From Spirochaetota bacterium (GTDB taxonomy: Bacteria > Spirochaetota > UBA6919 > CBDBPB01): a DNA stretch of 64,000 nucleotides. Under the pieces are notes generated by a model, which worked only from the letters and a program-made list of their open reading frames with translations, was not told the origin of the DNA and ran no database searches. The translations under genes and the position numbers were made by a program. Below are positions 9,937-20,641 of the stretch, one piece after another. The stretch lies in NCBI GenBank assembly GCA_965208615.1, contig CBDBPB010000002.1, forward strand, positions 64,001-128,000, read 5' to 3'. The number at the start of each line of letters is the position of its first letter. Positions within the stretch are counted from its first letter, which is position 1.

Positions 9937-10923
9937 ATGATTATTAACCACAACATTAGTGCTCTATATGCAGAGCGGATGTTTAGCCTCAATAGTGCTA
10001 GTCAATCCAAAAACATTGAGAAGTTGTCAAGTGGAATGCGAATTAACAGGGCTTCTGATGATTCAGCGGGATTAGCAGTATCAGAAAAGATGAGATCTCA
10101 AATTAGGGGTCTTAACATGGCCAGTAAGAATATTCAGTCTGGTATTTCTTTTATTCAGACTGCTGAAGGCTGGCTACAAGAAACAACTATGATTTTGCAG
10201 AGAATGAGAGAGTTAGCAGTGCAATCGTCTAATGGTATTTATACCAGAGAAGATCGACTTCAGATTCAGACTGAGATAAGACAGTTAGTTGATGAAGTAG
10301 ATAGAATTTCGTCTCAGGCAGAGTATAACGGTCTTAAACTTCTTAAGGGAGGGTTTAGAAGTGCTGATAGTGAAAAAGCTCAACCGCCTGCTGATGAAAA
10401 AGCTACTGCTAACTCTGCTCAAAGGCCTATTCAAGCAGTTAAACAAGGAGATTTATCTCAACAGCATACTCTTGTGAATGACGGTGGTGGAGTAGCTATT
10501 CATCTTGGTCCTAATATGGATCAAAGAGAAAAAGTTTATATAGGTAATATGTCATCTGCGGCATTAGGTTTATCTAAAGGTCCTGTAGCCACTGATGGTA
10601 AAAGAGAGCTGTCGGTTGATTATTTATCTCAGGATGGTGCAAATAAGGCAATTGGTACAATTGATAGTGCACTTTTTGTAGTAAATCGTCAAAGGGCAGA
10701 TTTAGGTGGTTACCAGGCTAGGTTAGAGACTGCAGATAAGGGAATAAACGTAGCGGCAGAAAATCTTCAAGCATCTGAGTCATATATTAGGGATACTAAT
10801 GTAGCAAAAGAGATGGTTAACTTTGTGAAGAATAAAATCTTAACGGAGACATCTGCCTCATTATTATCACAAGCTAATATGAAGCCTTATATTGTTGGAA
10901 GGCTTTTAGAATCTATTAAGTAA
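9937..10923 (+). CDS. flaB: Flagellin (filament core protein)
   Basis: [10 protein letters not shown] start, [42 protein letters not shown]. Confidence 0.95.
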   Translation: MIINHNISALYAERMFSLNSASQSKNIEKLSSGMRINRASDDSAGLAVSEKMRSQIRGLNMASKNIQSGISFIQTAEGWLQETTMILQRMRELAVQSSNGIYTREDRLQIQTEIRQLVDEVDRISSQAEYNGLKLLKGGFRSADSEKAQPPADEKATANSAQRPIQAVKQGDLSQQHTLVNDGGGVAIHLGPNMDQREKVYIGNMSSAALGLSKGPVATDGKRELSVDYLSQDGANKAIGTIDSALFVVNRQRADLGGYQARLETADKGINVAAENLQASESYIRDTNVAKEMVNFVKNKILTETSASLLSQANMKPYIVGRLLESIK

Positions 10924-10927
10924 TTTC

Positions 10928-10964
10928 ATATACCCTGTGGATAATTTCTATGGGGTATATTTTT
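10928..10964 (+). terminator. Rho-independent terminator after flaB
   Basis: ATATACCCTGTGGA / TCTATGGGGTATAT stem with G-T pairs, then a T-run. Confidence 0.65.
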
Positions 10965-11337
10965 GTAAATATAAAATAGGCATCCTAAGCTTATTAAAAA
11001 TAGTTTCTTTATAGTTCTGGTTATTATAGGGGATTATAAAAATAAAGATAACTACTTATTAAGGTAGCCTCAATAATCTTGGTAATAGAGAAAGCTAAAA
11101 TAGTAGATATAATAAACAAAAAGCTAAGACAAGAGGTTTTACAATTTAGTTAACTTACTTCACACAGATGCCATAATTAAATTATTATAATTTTGATAGG
11201 TACTTGCCTCTTAACGTGGTTGTAAATAGCTAGTTGGACTATCCTCACTTATAACATACTGTTATTTTTTTATAATTTTTTCCTTATTGAATCTAATAAT
11301 TATAATTTAAAATTTGTTTAACTAGGGTAAGTAGGCG

Positions 11338-12186
11338 TTGATAAAAATTGACGACCAACACATTAAGAAGTTGATTTCTAATTATCAAAAAACGTCAAAA
11401 GGGATTAGACAAATAATAGAGCTTATGGCTGAATATATTTATAATTATCCCAGACTAACTCATAAAGAGTCAGAAGATAGTTGTAGTGAGTTTTTTATAT
11501 ACTTTATTGAAAGACTGCCTAAATTATTAAATAGATATAAAATTAAAGATACCTTTTTTACAACATGGCTATTACTTGTTATTAGAAGGCACTATATCAA
11601 TTGGATAAAAAAGACAAATCGTGAAGAAATAAAATCAATACTATACGAAGATGACTTTATTTTTAATGCTGAGTTAAACAATGAAAGTGATTTGTGTTTA
11701 TTGGCTAACAAAAAGATAACTAAGGATAAGATAAGGGAGGCAATTAATTCACTACCTAAAAAAGTAAAGATTGTCATAAAACTTCATTATTTTGATTTTT
11801 TTGAAAGTGAGGATATATTAGAAATTAATAAGGTGTTTAAAAAGAATATTCATATATTGATTGATAAGTATAATAAAATTATAGTTAATTTTGCGGATCA
11901 CTATGATAAAGAAAAAAAGATATTGGATAAGATTAATTCTAACTTTGTAAGGTTTTCTAACTATGAAAATAATATTGAGAGTAGTGAAGATTTTAAGCTA
12001 AAAGCTAAATTAGATAAGGCTAAATTGAGGCATAAAAAGCTTATTGAGAGATATAGACGATCATATTTATCAGTTAAGAATGAAGATATTAGTGATTTAC
12101 TTGGTATTAGCACAAATGCTATTCACAATCATATTTTTAGAGGTAAGGTGCTAATTAAAAAAAAGTTATTGGGCGTAGTTTTGTGA
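11338..12186 (+). CDS. Sigma-70 family (ECF-like) sigma factor with an insert in region 4
   Basis: FTTWLLLVIRR (region 2), AINSLPKKVKIVIKLHY and EDISDLLGISTNAIHNHIFRGK (region 4). Confidence 0.75.
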   Translation: MIKIDDQHIKKLISNYQKTSKGIRQIIELMAEYIYNYPRLTHKESEDSCSEFFIYFIERLPKLLNRYKIKDTFFTTWLLLVIRRHYINWIKKTNREEIKSILYEDDFIFNAELNNESDLCLLANKKITKDKIREAINSLPKKVKIVIKLHYFDFFESEDILEINKVFKKNIHILIDKYNKIIVNFADHYDKEKKILDKINSNFVRFSNYENNIESSEDFKLKAKLDKAKLRHKKLIERYRRSYLSVKNEDISDLLGISTNAIHNHIFRGKVLIKKKLLGVVL

Positions 12187-12809
12187 TAATAGATGACTTA
12201 AATAAACTATTTCCGTTATGGGATAAGTATTTAGAGGGTAGGCTTAGTGATGCTGATAGAAAGAGTTTTGAAAAGAGGCTGAGTAGGAAAAAAGATCTTT
12301 TTAATTTTGTAATGCAGTTGAAAAAAGATATTGCTTTATTAGAGAGTCCCTTTTATGAGAGCGTACCAGAATCTTTATTAAAAAGAGTATTGAGGGGAAT
12401 AGATAAAGAGCGTTTATTAGAAAGTTGGGGTAATATAATACTCAAGGTTATTGATAGGGGTTTTCAGGTAATAGAAGATACATTTTCGCAAAACTTACCT
12501 AAAGCTGAGTTAGTTGCTTATAGGGATATTGAAAATAATTGTGAAAAGTTGATATTTAATCAGGATGAATTTAAAGTTACTTTTTTGCAGTTATCAAAAG
12601 CCAAGGTTAACATTGAGGTTACATTTGATAATTCTAATATGAAGTCAGAAAATGTTATTGTTTATTTAAAGACTATTTCAGAGGATAAGATGATTGCTTC
12701 TCTTAAGCCTGTTAAGAATAAGGTAGTTTTTAAGGCCCTACCTATAGCGGAATATAAGATTTCTATTTTAGAAAAGGATCTTAGTTTGAATTTGAATCCT
12801 CTTTCATGA
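12183..12809 (+). CDS. Putative anti-sigma factor / hypothetical protein
   Basis: Overlaps the sigma stop codon; N-terminal YLEGRLSDADRKSFEKRL resembles an anti-sigma domain. Confidence 0.55.
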   Translation: MIIDDLNKLFPLWDKYLEGRLSDADRKSFEKRLSRKKDLFNFVMQLKKDIALLESPFYESVPESLLKRVLRGIDKERLLESWGNIILKVIDRGFQVIEDTFSQNLPKAELVAYRDIENNCEKLIFNQDEFKVTFLQLSKAKVNIEVTFDNSNMKSENVIVYLKTISEDKMIASLKPVKNKVVFKALPIAEYKISILEKDLSLNLNPLS

Positions 12810-12837
12810 GGTAATAAGGAAAATAATCATTTTATGG

Positions 12838-13893
12838 TTAACTTTTAGGACTAACAGGTTTATTAAGTTTTTTTTGATTAGCATAATTTCGATATAATAT
12901 AACATTTTTGTTATGTTCTTTAATTGTTTCAGCGAAGTAATGATGTTTATCATCTTTTGCTACAAAGAATATATAGTTAGTTTTTTTTGGATTCATAGAG
13001 GCGAGAATGGCTTTTCTACTTGGATTAGCTATAGGACCTGGGGGTAGGCCTTTATACAGGTAGGTATTGTATGCTGAATTGATTTTCATATCTCCTTGTC
13101 TTGGATAAAGTTTACCTTTATACATATTTAGTCTTAGAAGGGCATATATTACAGTGGGATCACATTCTAGTCTCATATTTTTTTTTATTCTGTTGTGATA
13201 GACAGAGGAGACCAGTCTAAGTTCTTTTTCTACACCTGTTTCTTTTTCTATTAGGGATGCTATGGTAATAAGTTGATGTTTTGATAGGTTTATTTTAGTT
13301 TTATTACTTTCGAATTCTTTAGTGGGAAAGTTTTTTATATGTTCTTTAATCATTCTATTAGCTATTGACTTTATGGATTCGCCTTTTAGTATGAAATATC
13401 CAGCTGGATATAGGTATCCTTCAGCTGAGTCAGAAGGGATATTATATTTACTAAGAAAGTTTTTATTGGTTACCAGTTCGATAAAGTTTTTTTCTTCACT
13501 GATTATATTTTTTTCTTTAAAGAGTCTTGCTATATCATAGATGTTATAGCCTTCTGGAATAGTAATCAAGGTTTGATCAGATATAGCTTTTCCGTTTCTA
13601 ATTATGTTTAGTATTTTGCTGTTGGAGTAGTTAGTATTGAGTTTATATTTTCCTATATGTATTTTTTTATTATTGATGTGTTGTAGGGTTTGTCCGTAGT
13701 AATAGAAGAAGAGGTAATTTTTTATTAAGCTTTTTTTTTCCAATCTTTTGGAAATACTCATAAGTTTTTCGGCTTTATGGACTTTAAAGATAATTTCTTT
13801 ATTGGAGTTTATGGGGTTATTGAGGTAATAAAAGACAGCGCCTATTGAGGCGGATAAAAGTATTATAGTTATTATTAATTTTTTTAATTTCAT
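12838..13893 (-). CDS. mltG: Endolytic transglycosylase MltG
   Basis: ITIPEG, EGYLYP, IASLIEKE, LECDPT, YNTY..KGLPPGPIANP. Confidence 0.95.
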   Translation of the reverse strand: MKLKKLIITIILLSASIGAVFYYLNNPINSNKEIIFKVHKAEKLMSISKRLEKKSLIKNYLFFYYYGQTLQHINNKKIHIGKYKLNTNYSNSKILNIIRNGKAISDQTLITIPEGYNIYDIARLFKEKNIISEEKNFIELVTNKNFLSKYNIPSDSAEGYLYPAGYFILKGESIKSIANRMIKEHIKNFPTKEFESNKTKINLSKHQLITIASLIEKETGVEKELRLVSSVYHNRIKKNMRLECDPTVIYALLRLNMYKGKLYPRQGDMKINSAYNTYLYKGLPPGPIANPSRKAILASMNPKKTNYIFFVAKDDKHHYFAETIKEHNKNVILYRNYANQKKLNKPVSPKS

Positions 13894-14053
13894 TTTACCA
13901 TCCTAGATTTTTTATAGCAACGATAACGTATGGAAATTAGAAAGTTTAATTTATTTTTAAATATACTTTTTGATTTGGAAAAAGGTTATTTTTTTTATAA
14001 AAAGTTTAACACGGGGATTAATTAGATATTATTAGGCAAAGGTTATTATTTAT

Positions 14054-14494
14054 TTATCGTCTTAAAATAGTCTTATTGATAATATTATCGGGATTAAGCT
14101 TGTTAAACTCTTCAACATTTTCACCAGGATATCCCCCAATAACCTCTACACCATTCTTTAAGGCAAAATGCTTATAACGTTCATCACTACCACCAGTTGG
14201 ACTACTCTGAGGATTATAAGTCCCTTGGGCTACATATACCTTCTTTTTTTTATTCTTAAAAGCATCATCAATACCCTCTTGAAGATCACTAAAGGCAGTA
14301 TTCCAGGATTTCCCATTTTTAGTAGTACGAGTTCCAGCTTTTACAAAAACTCCACCTAACAAAGCTTTAACAGGGTTATAAGGAGGAGTAGGATTTATTA
14401 CCTTACTAGCACCTTCCTCACAATCACCAGCTCTAAGCATGGAAATACTAATTAATAGTATTATTAAAATGTTTAAATAATTCTTTTTTGTCAT
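14054..14494 (-). pseudogene. Truncated Pmp-like beta-helix lipoprotein paralog (N-terminal domain only)
   Basis: Signal peptide near-identical to the neighbouring paralog, with VYVAQGTY and HFALKNGVEVIGG, but stops before any GGGMYN repeat. Confidence 0.75.
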
Positions 14495-14536
14495 AATTAA
14501 CTCACTAATTTTTATAAGATAACTCAAAGTAAACAA

Positions 14537-14726
14537 AAAACGACTTTTTGTTAAAAGCTATAGAATTAAAAATAAATTAACTTGTTCTATCACATATTAT
14601 AATGTTTATAGAAGGATAAGTCAAGTCTATTTATGCTATAACTGCTACTTATGCTACTTTGTTATAAAACCCATAAAAAAAGAGGAGCTATGCTCCCCTT
14701 AATTTTAACTGACTAAATAAATATAC
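14537..14726 (-). promoter_or_regulatory. Conserved paralog intergenic module: terminator (14675-14700) + sigma70 promoter TTGACT-N17-TATAAT (14596-14624)
   Basis: Near-identical to 54190-54427; partial copies at 26525-26666, 55802-55912 and 18716-18778. Confidence 0.8.
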
Positions 14727-16667
14727 TTAGTCGCCTGACTCACTTCTTGAGTCTTCATATTTATATGTATTACCAGCCTTGACAACCTTTCTATTACTTT
14801 TATCATCACCCGTTCCATAGGTTGCTTTGCCTTTTATGCTTGAATTATTATTATAAATAGCCCCGCCTTTGCCTTCTTTTTTATCTTCAATGCTACCAGC
14901 AATGTTTCCATTAAAAATCACATTACTAGTAAAAGTCACAGAGCTACCAATATTATACATGCCCCCTCCGTTATTAGAAGCCTTATTATTAGTAAAAGTC
15001 ACATCTGTTAACTTTGGAAACCCTGAAGCGTTATAATGATTATACATGCCCCCTCCAAGCTTAGCCTTATTTTCAGTAAAAGTCACATTTGTTAAAGTGG
15101 GCTTGCTATACCTCCAATTAATCATGCCCCCTCCAAAAATAGTAGCCGTATTGCCATTAAAAGTCACATTTGTTAACGTTGGAGAGCTATTCTCATTATT
15201 ATACATGCCCCCTCCGGACTGAGTAGCCGTATTGCCCTTAAAAGTCACAGTTGTTAAAGTGGGAGAGCTATTCTCATTATACATGCCCCCTCCAAACTTA
15301 GCCGTATTTTTAGTAAAAGTCACATCTTTTAATAACTTTGGAGAGCTCTTCGAATTATACATGCCCCCTCCGTTATTAGAAGCCTTATTATTAGTAAAAG
15401 TCACAGTTGTTAACTCTGGAGAGCTTTTATCATTATTATACATGCCCCCTCCGTTGCCCTGTATAATATCATCCGTTTTGGCCTTATTTTCAGTAAAAGT
15501 CACAGTTGTTAACGTTGGAGAGCTATTATTATTATACATGCCCCCTCCAAACTTAGCCGTATTTTTAGTAAAAGTCACATCTGTTAACTCTGGAGAGCTA
15601 TAATGATTATTATACATGCCCCCTCCATAATTAGCCGTATTGTCAGTAAAAGTCACATCTGTTAACTCTGGAGAGCTATAATAATTAAACATGCCCCCTC
15701 CTTGTTTGGCCGTATTGTCAGTAAAAGTCACAGTTGTTAACGTTGGAGAGCTAGTATTATTAAACATGCCCCCTCCGGACTGAGTAGCCTTATTTTCAGT
15801 AAAAGTCACATCTGTTAACGTTGGAGAGCTATTATTATTATACATGCCCCCTCCTTTATCTGTGGCCTTATTTTCAGTAAAAGTCACATCTGTTAACTCT
15901 GGAGAGCTATGATAATTATACATGCCCCCTCCTAAATCAGCCTTATTGTCAGTAAAAGTCACATCTGTTAACGTTGGAGAGCTATTATTATTATTATACA
16001 TGCCCCCTCCGTTATTAGTAGCCTTATTTTCAGTAAAAGTCACATCTGTTAACGTTGGAGAGCTCTTCTCATTATACATGCCCCCTCCTAAATTACGAGT
16101 ACCATTAGCATTGCCTTTGGTAATTATAACCCCTACTAACTTTGCAGTCTTATCTAGCTTTGCAGTAGCGGGATGATAAAAAACATTAAAGGCATCATCA
16201 CTATCATTGCCCTTTGTTCCAATATCACCGCTTAGGGTAGTCTTATGAGCTTTATGGTCATTACCCTCACCAACATTTTTACCAGGAAAACCCCCAATAA
16301 CCTCTACACCATTCCTTAATGAAAAATGCTTATGACGATCATTAGTACCTTTAGTTGGCTTACTAGTAGGCGTATAAGTCCCTTGGGCTACATATACCTT
16401 AACAGGTTTTTTAGTAGACTTAAACTTTTCTGAGGCTTTCTCAATACCCTCTTGTAGGTCACTATAAGCAGTTGTCCAAGATCTACCATTTTCAGTAGGA
16501 CGACGAGTTTTAGCTTCTTTTACAAAAACTCCTCCTACAGCACTTGGAATAGAGTTAGGAGAAGTAGGACTTATTACCTTACTAGCATCTTCCTCACAAC
16601 CAGCTCTAAGCATGGAAATACTAATTAATAGTATTATTAAAATGTTTAAATAACTTTTTTTTGTCAT
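14727..16667 (-). CDS. Pmp-like right-handed beta-helix repeat surface lipoprotein
   Basis: Signal peptide ending ..LRAGC; about 15 tandem 25-30 aa repeats GGGMYNxxSSPTLTDVTFTxNxA; start MTKKSY after a GGAG RBS. Confidence 0.85.
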   Translation of the reverse strand: MTKKSYLNILIILLISISMLRAGCEEDASKVISPTSPNSIPSAVGGVFVKEAKTRRPTENGRSWTTAYSDLQEGIEKASEKFKSTKKPVKVYVAQGTYTPTSKPTKGTNDRHKHFSLRNGVEVIGGFPGKNVGEGNDHKAHKTTLSGDIGTKGNDSDDAFNVFYHPATAKLDKTAKLVGVIITKGNANGTRNLGGGMYNEKSSPTLTDVTFTENKATNNGGGMYNNNNSSPTLTDVTFTDNKADLGGGMYNYHSSPELTDVTFTENKATDKGGGMYNNNSSPTLTDVTFTENKATQSGGGMFNNTSSPTLTTVTFTDNTAKQGGGMFNYYSSPELTDVTFTDNTANYGGGMYNNHYSSPELTDVTFTKNTAKFGGGMYNNNSSPTLTTVTFTENKAKTDDIIQGNGGGMYNNDKSSPELTTVTFTNNKASNNGGGMYNSKSSPKLLKDVTFTKNTAKFGGGMYNENSSPTLTTVTFKGNTATQSGGGMYNNENSSPTLTNVTFNGNTATIFGGGMINWRYSKPTLTNVTFTENKAKLGGGMYNHYNASGFPKLTDVTFTNNKASNNGGGMYNIGSSVTFTSNVIFNGNIAGSIEDKKEGKGGAIYNNNSSIKGKATYGTGDDKSNRKVVKAGNTYKYEDSRSESGD

Positions 16668-16683
16668 AATTAACTCCATAATT

Positions 16684-16752
16684 TTTATAAGATAATTTTA
16701 AATATAACTCAAATTAATAATTTGACTAAAATAAATAAATAAATAAATAAAT
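16684..16752 (-). promoter_or_regulatory. Putative sigma70 promoter TTGAGT-N17-TATAAA with an upstream (TAAA)6 tract
   Basis: -10 at 16684-16689, -35 at 16707-16712, AAAT x6 at 16729-16752. Confidence 0.5.
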
Positions 16753-16761
16753 TAAAGTTAT

Positions 16762-18660
16762 TATTACTAATTGCTCTAGTAGTGTAGTTCAAAAGTATTT
16801 TAAGTTAGTTTATCTTTTTAAAACTTTCTAAAATGCAGATAAAATTTATTTATTAATTGTGTTATAATAATTTTTTATCTAAAAGCTATAGTAATTAGTA
16901 ACAGGGAGTATATCTTTTATTTTTTATGGTTTAGTATAAGAGGCCCTTATCAAGTTGAGGTTGTTGACAATGGGGATAAGCGTTTACGTTTAGACTTTGA
17001 GTTAGGGCTGGCAGGTATATTTATTTTTCTGTTAAGGTTAGGGAGAGTATAGCTTTTTTTTAATATTATGTTATTTAAATGATAAGAGGCCCTTATCAAG
17101 TTGAGGTTGTTGACAATGGGGATAAGCGTTTACGTTTAGACTTTGAGTTAGGGCTGGCAGGTATATTTATTTTTCTGTTAAGGTTAGGGAGAGTATAGCT
17201 TTTTTTTAATATTATGTTATTTAAATGATAAGAGGCCCTTATCAAGTTGAGGTTGTTGACAATGGGGATAAGCGTTTACGTTTAGACTTTGAGTTAGGGC
17301 TGGCAGGTATATTTATTTTTCTGTTAAGGTTAGGGAGAGTATAGCTTTTTTTTAATATTATGTTATTTAAATGATAAGAGGCCCTTATCAAGTTGAGGTT
17401 GTTGACAATGGGGATAAGCGTTTACGTTTAGACTTTGAGTTAGGGCTGGCAGGTATATTTATTTTTTGTTAAGGTTAGGGAGAGTATAGCTTTTTTTTAA
17501 TATTATGTTATTTAAATGATAAGAGGCCCTTATCAAGTTGAGGTTGTTGACAATGGGGATAAGCGTTTACGTTTAGACTTTGAGTTAGGGCTGGCAGGTA
17601 TATTTATTTTTCTGTTAAGGTTAGGGAGAGTATAGCTTTTTTTTAATATTATGTTATTTAAATGATAAGAGGCCCTTATCAAGTTGAGGTTGTTGACAAT
17701 GGGGATAAGCGTTTACGTTTAGACTTTGAGTTAGGGCTGGCAGGTATATTTATTTTTCTGTTAAGGTTAGGGAGAGTATAGCTTTTTTTTTAATATTATG
17801 TTATTTAAATGATAAGAGGCCCTTATCAAGTTGAGGTTGTTGACAATGGGGATAAGCGTTTACGTTTAGACTTTGAGTTAGGGCTGGCAGGTATATTTAT
17901 TTTTTGTTAAGGTTAGGGAGAGTATAGCTTTTTTTTTAATATTATGTTATTTAAATGATAAGAGGCCCTTATCAAGTTGAGGTTGTTGACAATGGGGATA
18001 AGCGTTTACGTTTAGACTTTGAGTTAGGGCTGGCAGGTATATTTATTTTTTGTTAAGGTTAGGGAGAGTATAGCTTTTTTTTAATATTATGTTATTTAAA
18101 TGATAAGAGGCCCTTATCAAGTTGAGGTTGTTGACAATGGGGATAAGCGTTTACGTTTAGACTTTGAGTTAGGGCTGGCAGGTATATTTATTTTTCTGTT
18201 AAAGTTAAAGGGATATTATTTAATAATTCAGTTGTCATTTTATGACAAAGTTATGACGAGGGATACAAGGCAAAAGGAAGACATATAACGTAAAGGCAGA
18301 TAGATTTTAGATTCCTTTGTGGAACAGGAAAGTTAAGATATTCATGGAAAAGTTATTTTCCTATGTCAAGCAGGTTATCTCTACATGCTCTTTAAGTGCT
18401 GCTTAAATGCCTTAGTAATTAACACAAAATATCACTTTTTATGCAAGTAGTCATCATTACGGGAGCTATTAAGAATCCCTTACTGAGACTAAGGATTAGA
18501 GACCCTTATTAAGTGTTAACGGATTCGCCTTTCCATAAAGGCGTAGAGCAGATTATTTAAATATTACATGTTGACGTTATGTGTAAAACCTCGAAAAGTA
18601 TACCTAATCCTCTATGATAAATAACAATCATAAAAAGTAAACTACTAAAACCTTCACTAA
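16762..18660 (+). repeat. Dispersed non-coding element copy 2 (leader + tandem array + 304 nt core at 18281-18584)
   Basis: Homologous to copies 1, 3 and 4. Confidence 0.93.
16936..18202 (+). repeat. Tandem array of ~146 bp units (8 full + 1 partial)
   Basis: Unit starts at 16936, 17082, 17228, 17374, 17519, 17665, 17812, 17958 and 18103; units differ only by 1 bp indels in T-runs. Confidence 0.97.
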
Positions 18661-18783
18661 CAAAATCGCCCGATAAAACCTTTTTTGTTATATTTGCTAA
18701 AACGTTTGTTAACGCCTATAACTGCTACTTATGCTACTTTGTTATAAAACTCGTAAAAAAATGCTCCTCTTGATTTTAGAAAG

Positions 18784-19035
18784 CTAATTATAAATAAATA
18801 GACTTATGGTGTTTGCTTTGGAATTGGTCAAATGGTTGACTCTACAAGTTTCTTTGTTATCAGCAATGTTTTTATTAAAACTCACATTTGTTAACTCTTG
18901 AGAGCTAACATTATTATACATGCTCCCTTTGCTATTATAAGATTCTGAATCAGAACTAGCATCGCCTTTCATAATTATAACAGCCTCTAACTTTGCAGTT
19001 TTATCTTTAGGGTGAACAAAAACTATGATAGGCAT
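18784..19035 (-). pseudogene. Degenerate relic of a Pmp-like beta-helix gene
   Basis: DKTAKLEAVIIMKG, GSMYNNVSSQELTNVSFNKNIA fragments; followed by a damaged copy of the paralog terminator module at 18716-18778. Confidence 0.75.
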
Positions 19036-19384
19036 TATTACTAGCTTAAATATAACCCCTTAGAATGGCCTTATGGGTAGTAGTATAGTTAAACTCACCA
19101 ACCTGTCCACCTTTATAACCATAAATAACTACTTTCTAAAAAAAACTTACTACTCCGATTTAAGTTTTTTTATATAAAATCCCCTATTATGGAACTTTTT
19201 TACCATACTTATCGGTTTATTACTATAGTTGTTCTTTAATTTAATATTATAAATTATTATTTTACACTTCTTGTGACAGACTCCTGTGATATATAAATCT
19301 CTTTATAGTTGTATAATGGATTAAATTATTGTTTTTTATTTAATAAACTTTAGATGATCTACTTATAAATATTTTGGAGGTATT

Positions 19385-20639
19385 ATGCCTAACAATAAAC
19401 CTATTTTAGTAGTTGGTGGCGGTATAAGCGGTATGACATCTGCTTTAGAGGCTGCTGAGGTAGGGTATGAGGTTATTATTATAGAGAGCTCTCCTTATTT
19501 TGGTGGGCGGGTATCTCAGATGAATAAGTACTTTCCTAAGTTATGTCCCCCTTACTGTGGGTTAGAGATTAACTTTAGGCGGATTAAGACTAATCCTAGA
19601 ATAACTTATTATACTACGGCTCAGATAAAGGCTATATCTGGTGAGGCTGGTAGTTTTAAGGTGGATGTTAATATTAGCCCTAGGTATGTTAACAATAAGT
19701 GTACGGCGTGTGATGAATGTGTTAAAGTTTGTCCTGTAGAGAGAAAAGACGATTATAATATGGCTATGACTAATAACAAGGCTATTTATATGAGTCATAA
19801 GATGGCTTTTCCTGCTAAGTATGCTATTGACTCTGATGTTTGTAAGTTTAGCGAGTGTAATAAGTGTGTTGATGTTTGTAAGTATGACGCTATCGATTTT
19901 GGTATGCAGTCTAAGACCATATCTTTGGATATATCATCTATTATATATGCCACTGGATGGCGTCCTTATGATGCCACTAAGATGGATAATTTAGGTTTTG
20001 GGCAATATGAAAATATAATAACCAATATTATGATGGAGAGGTTAGCGGCTTCTAATGGTCCTACTGGTGGTAAGGTTGTTAGACCATCTGATGGCAAAGA
20101 GGCTAAAAATGTGGTATTTGTACAATGTGCTGGATCAAGGGATGAAAATCACCTGCCTTATTGTTCATCTATTTGTTGTATGGCGTCTTTAAAGCAGTCC
20201 ACCTTTGTGAGAGAGCAGTATGAGGATTCTAAGGTACATATTTTTTATATAGATTTGAGGACTCCGGGTAAGTATGAGAAGTTTTTATCCAAGATAAGGG
20301 ATGATGAGAATATTAGTTTTACTAAGGGCAAGGTAGCAAAGGTCAGTGAGGATAGTAAAACCAAAAACATAATTGTAGAGGCTGAGGATACCATTGCTAT
20401 GAAAAAGGTTAAGGTTGAGGCTGACTTAGTGGTATTGGCAACTGGGATGGAGCCATCATCTTTGAGTTGTGATTTACCTAGTGAGGTTAAGGTTAATGAC
20501 ATAGGGTTTATGTCGGCTGAGCTTCAGGGTCCTGGTATATATGCTGTTGGTGTTGGAAAGCAGCCTGTTGATGTTATGACGTCTGTACAGGATTGCAACT
20601 GGTGGTGCACTAAAGGCTATTCAGACTATAAGGAGTTAA
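19385..20639 (+). CDS. qmoA: QmoA (HdrA-like flavoprotein); one apparent +1 frameshift near 20593
   Basis: VVGGGISG, YFPKLCPPYCG, VQCAGSRDENHLPYCSSICC. Removing one T restores DATGGALKAIQ and a stop at 20639. Confidence 0.88.
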
Positions 20640-20641
20640 CT

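Noticed and set aside
15232-16176. Antisense MPPP ORFs (also 25879, 55120) and other short shadow ORFs inside sdh, qmo, aio, thi and nuo
   Set aside because: Opposite-strand or alternate-frame artefacts of well-supported genes.
14727-16667. Diversity-generating retroelement acting on the beta-helix repeats
   Set aside because: Some changes are A-to-N in AAT codons, but many are not (GAG, TCG, TGG, indels). No reverse transcriptase or TR/VR pair is in the window.
17082-17227. 146 bp period matching nucleosome length
   Set aside because: The sister array has a 144 bp period with a different junction, and nothing in the window points to histone-like wrapping; likely coincidence.
16936-18202. 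CRISPR array interpretation of the 146 bp and 144 bp arrays
   Set aside because: Whole units repeat with no unique spacers, the period is too long, there are no cas genes, and the unit is homologous to gene tails.
18100-18288. 62 aa ORF at the array/core junction
   Set aside because: Chance read-through of a repeat unit into the core flank; not conserved in the other copies.
18300-18335. Methyltransferase-like ILDSF.GTG peptide within the core
   Set aside because: Needs a frameshift, has stops nearby, and is not maintained across copies; these bases are explained by the long-range stem.
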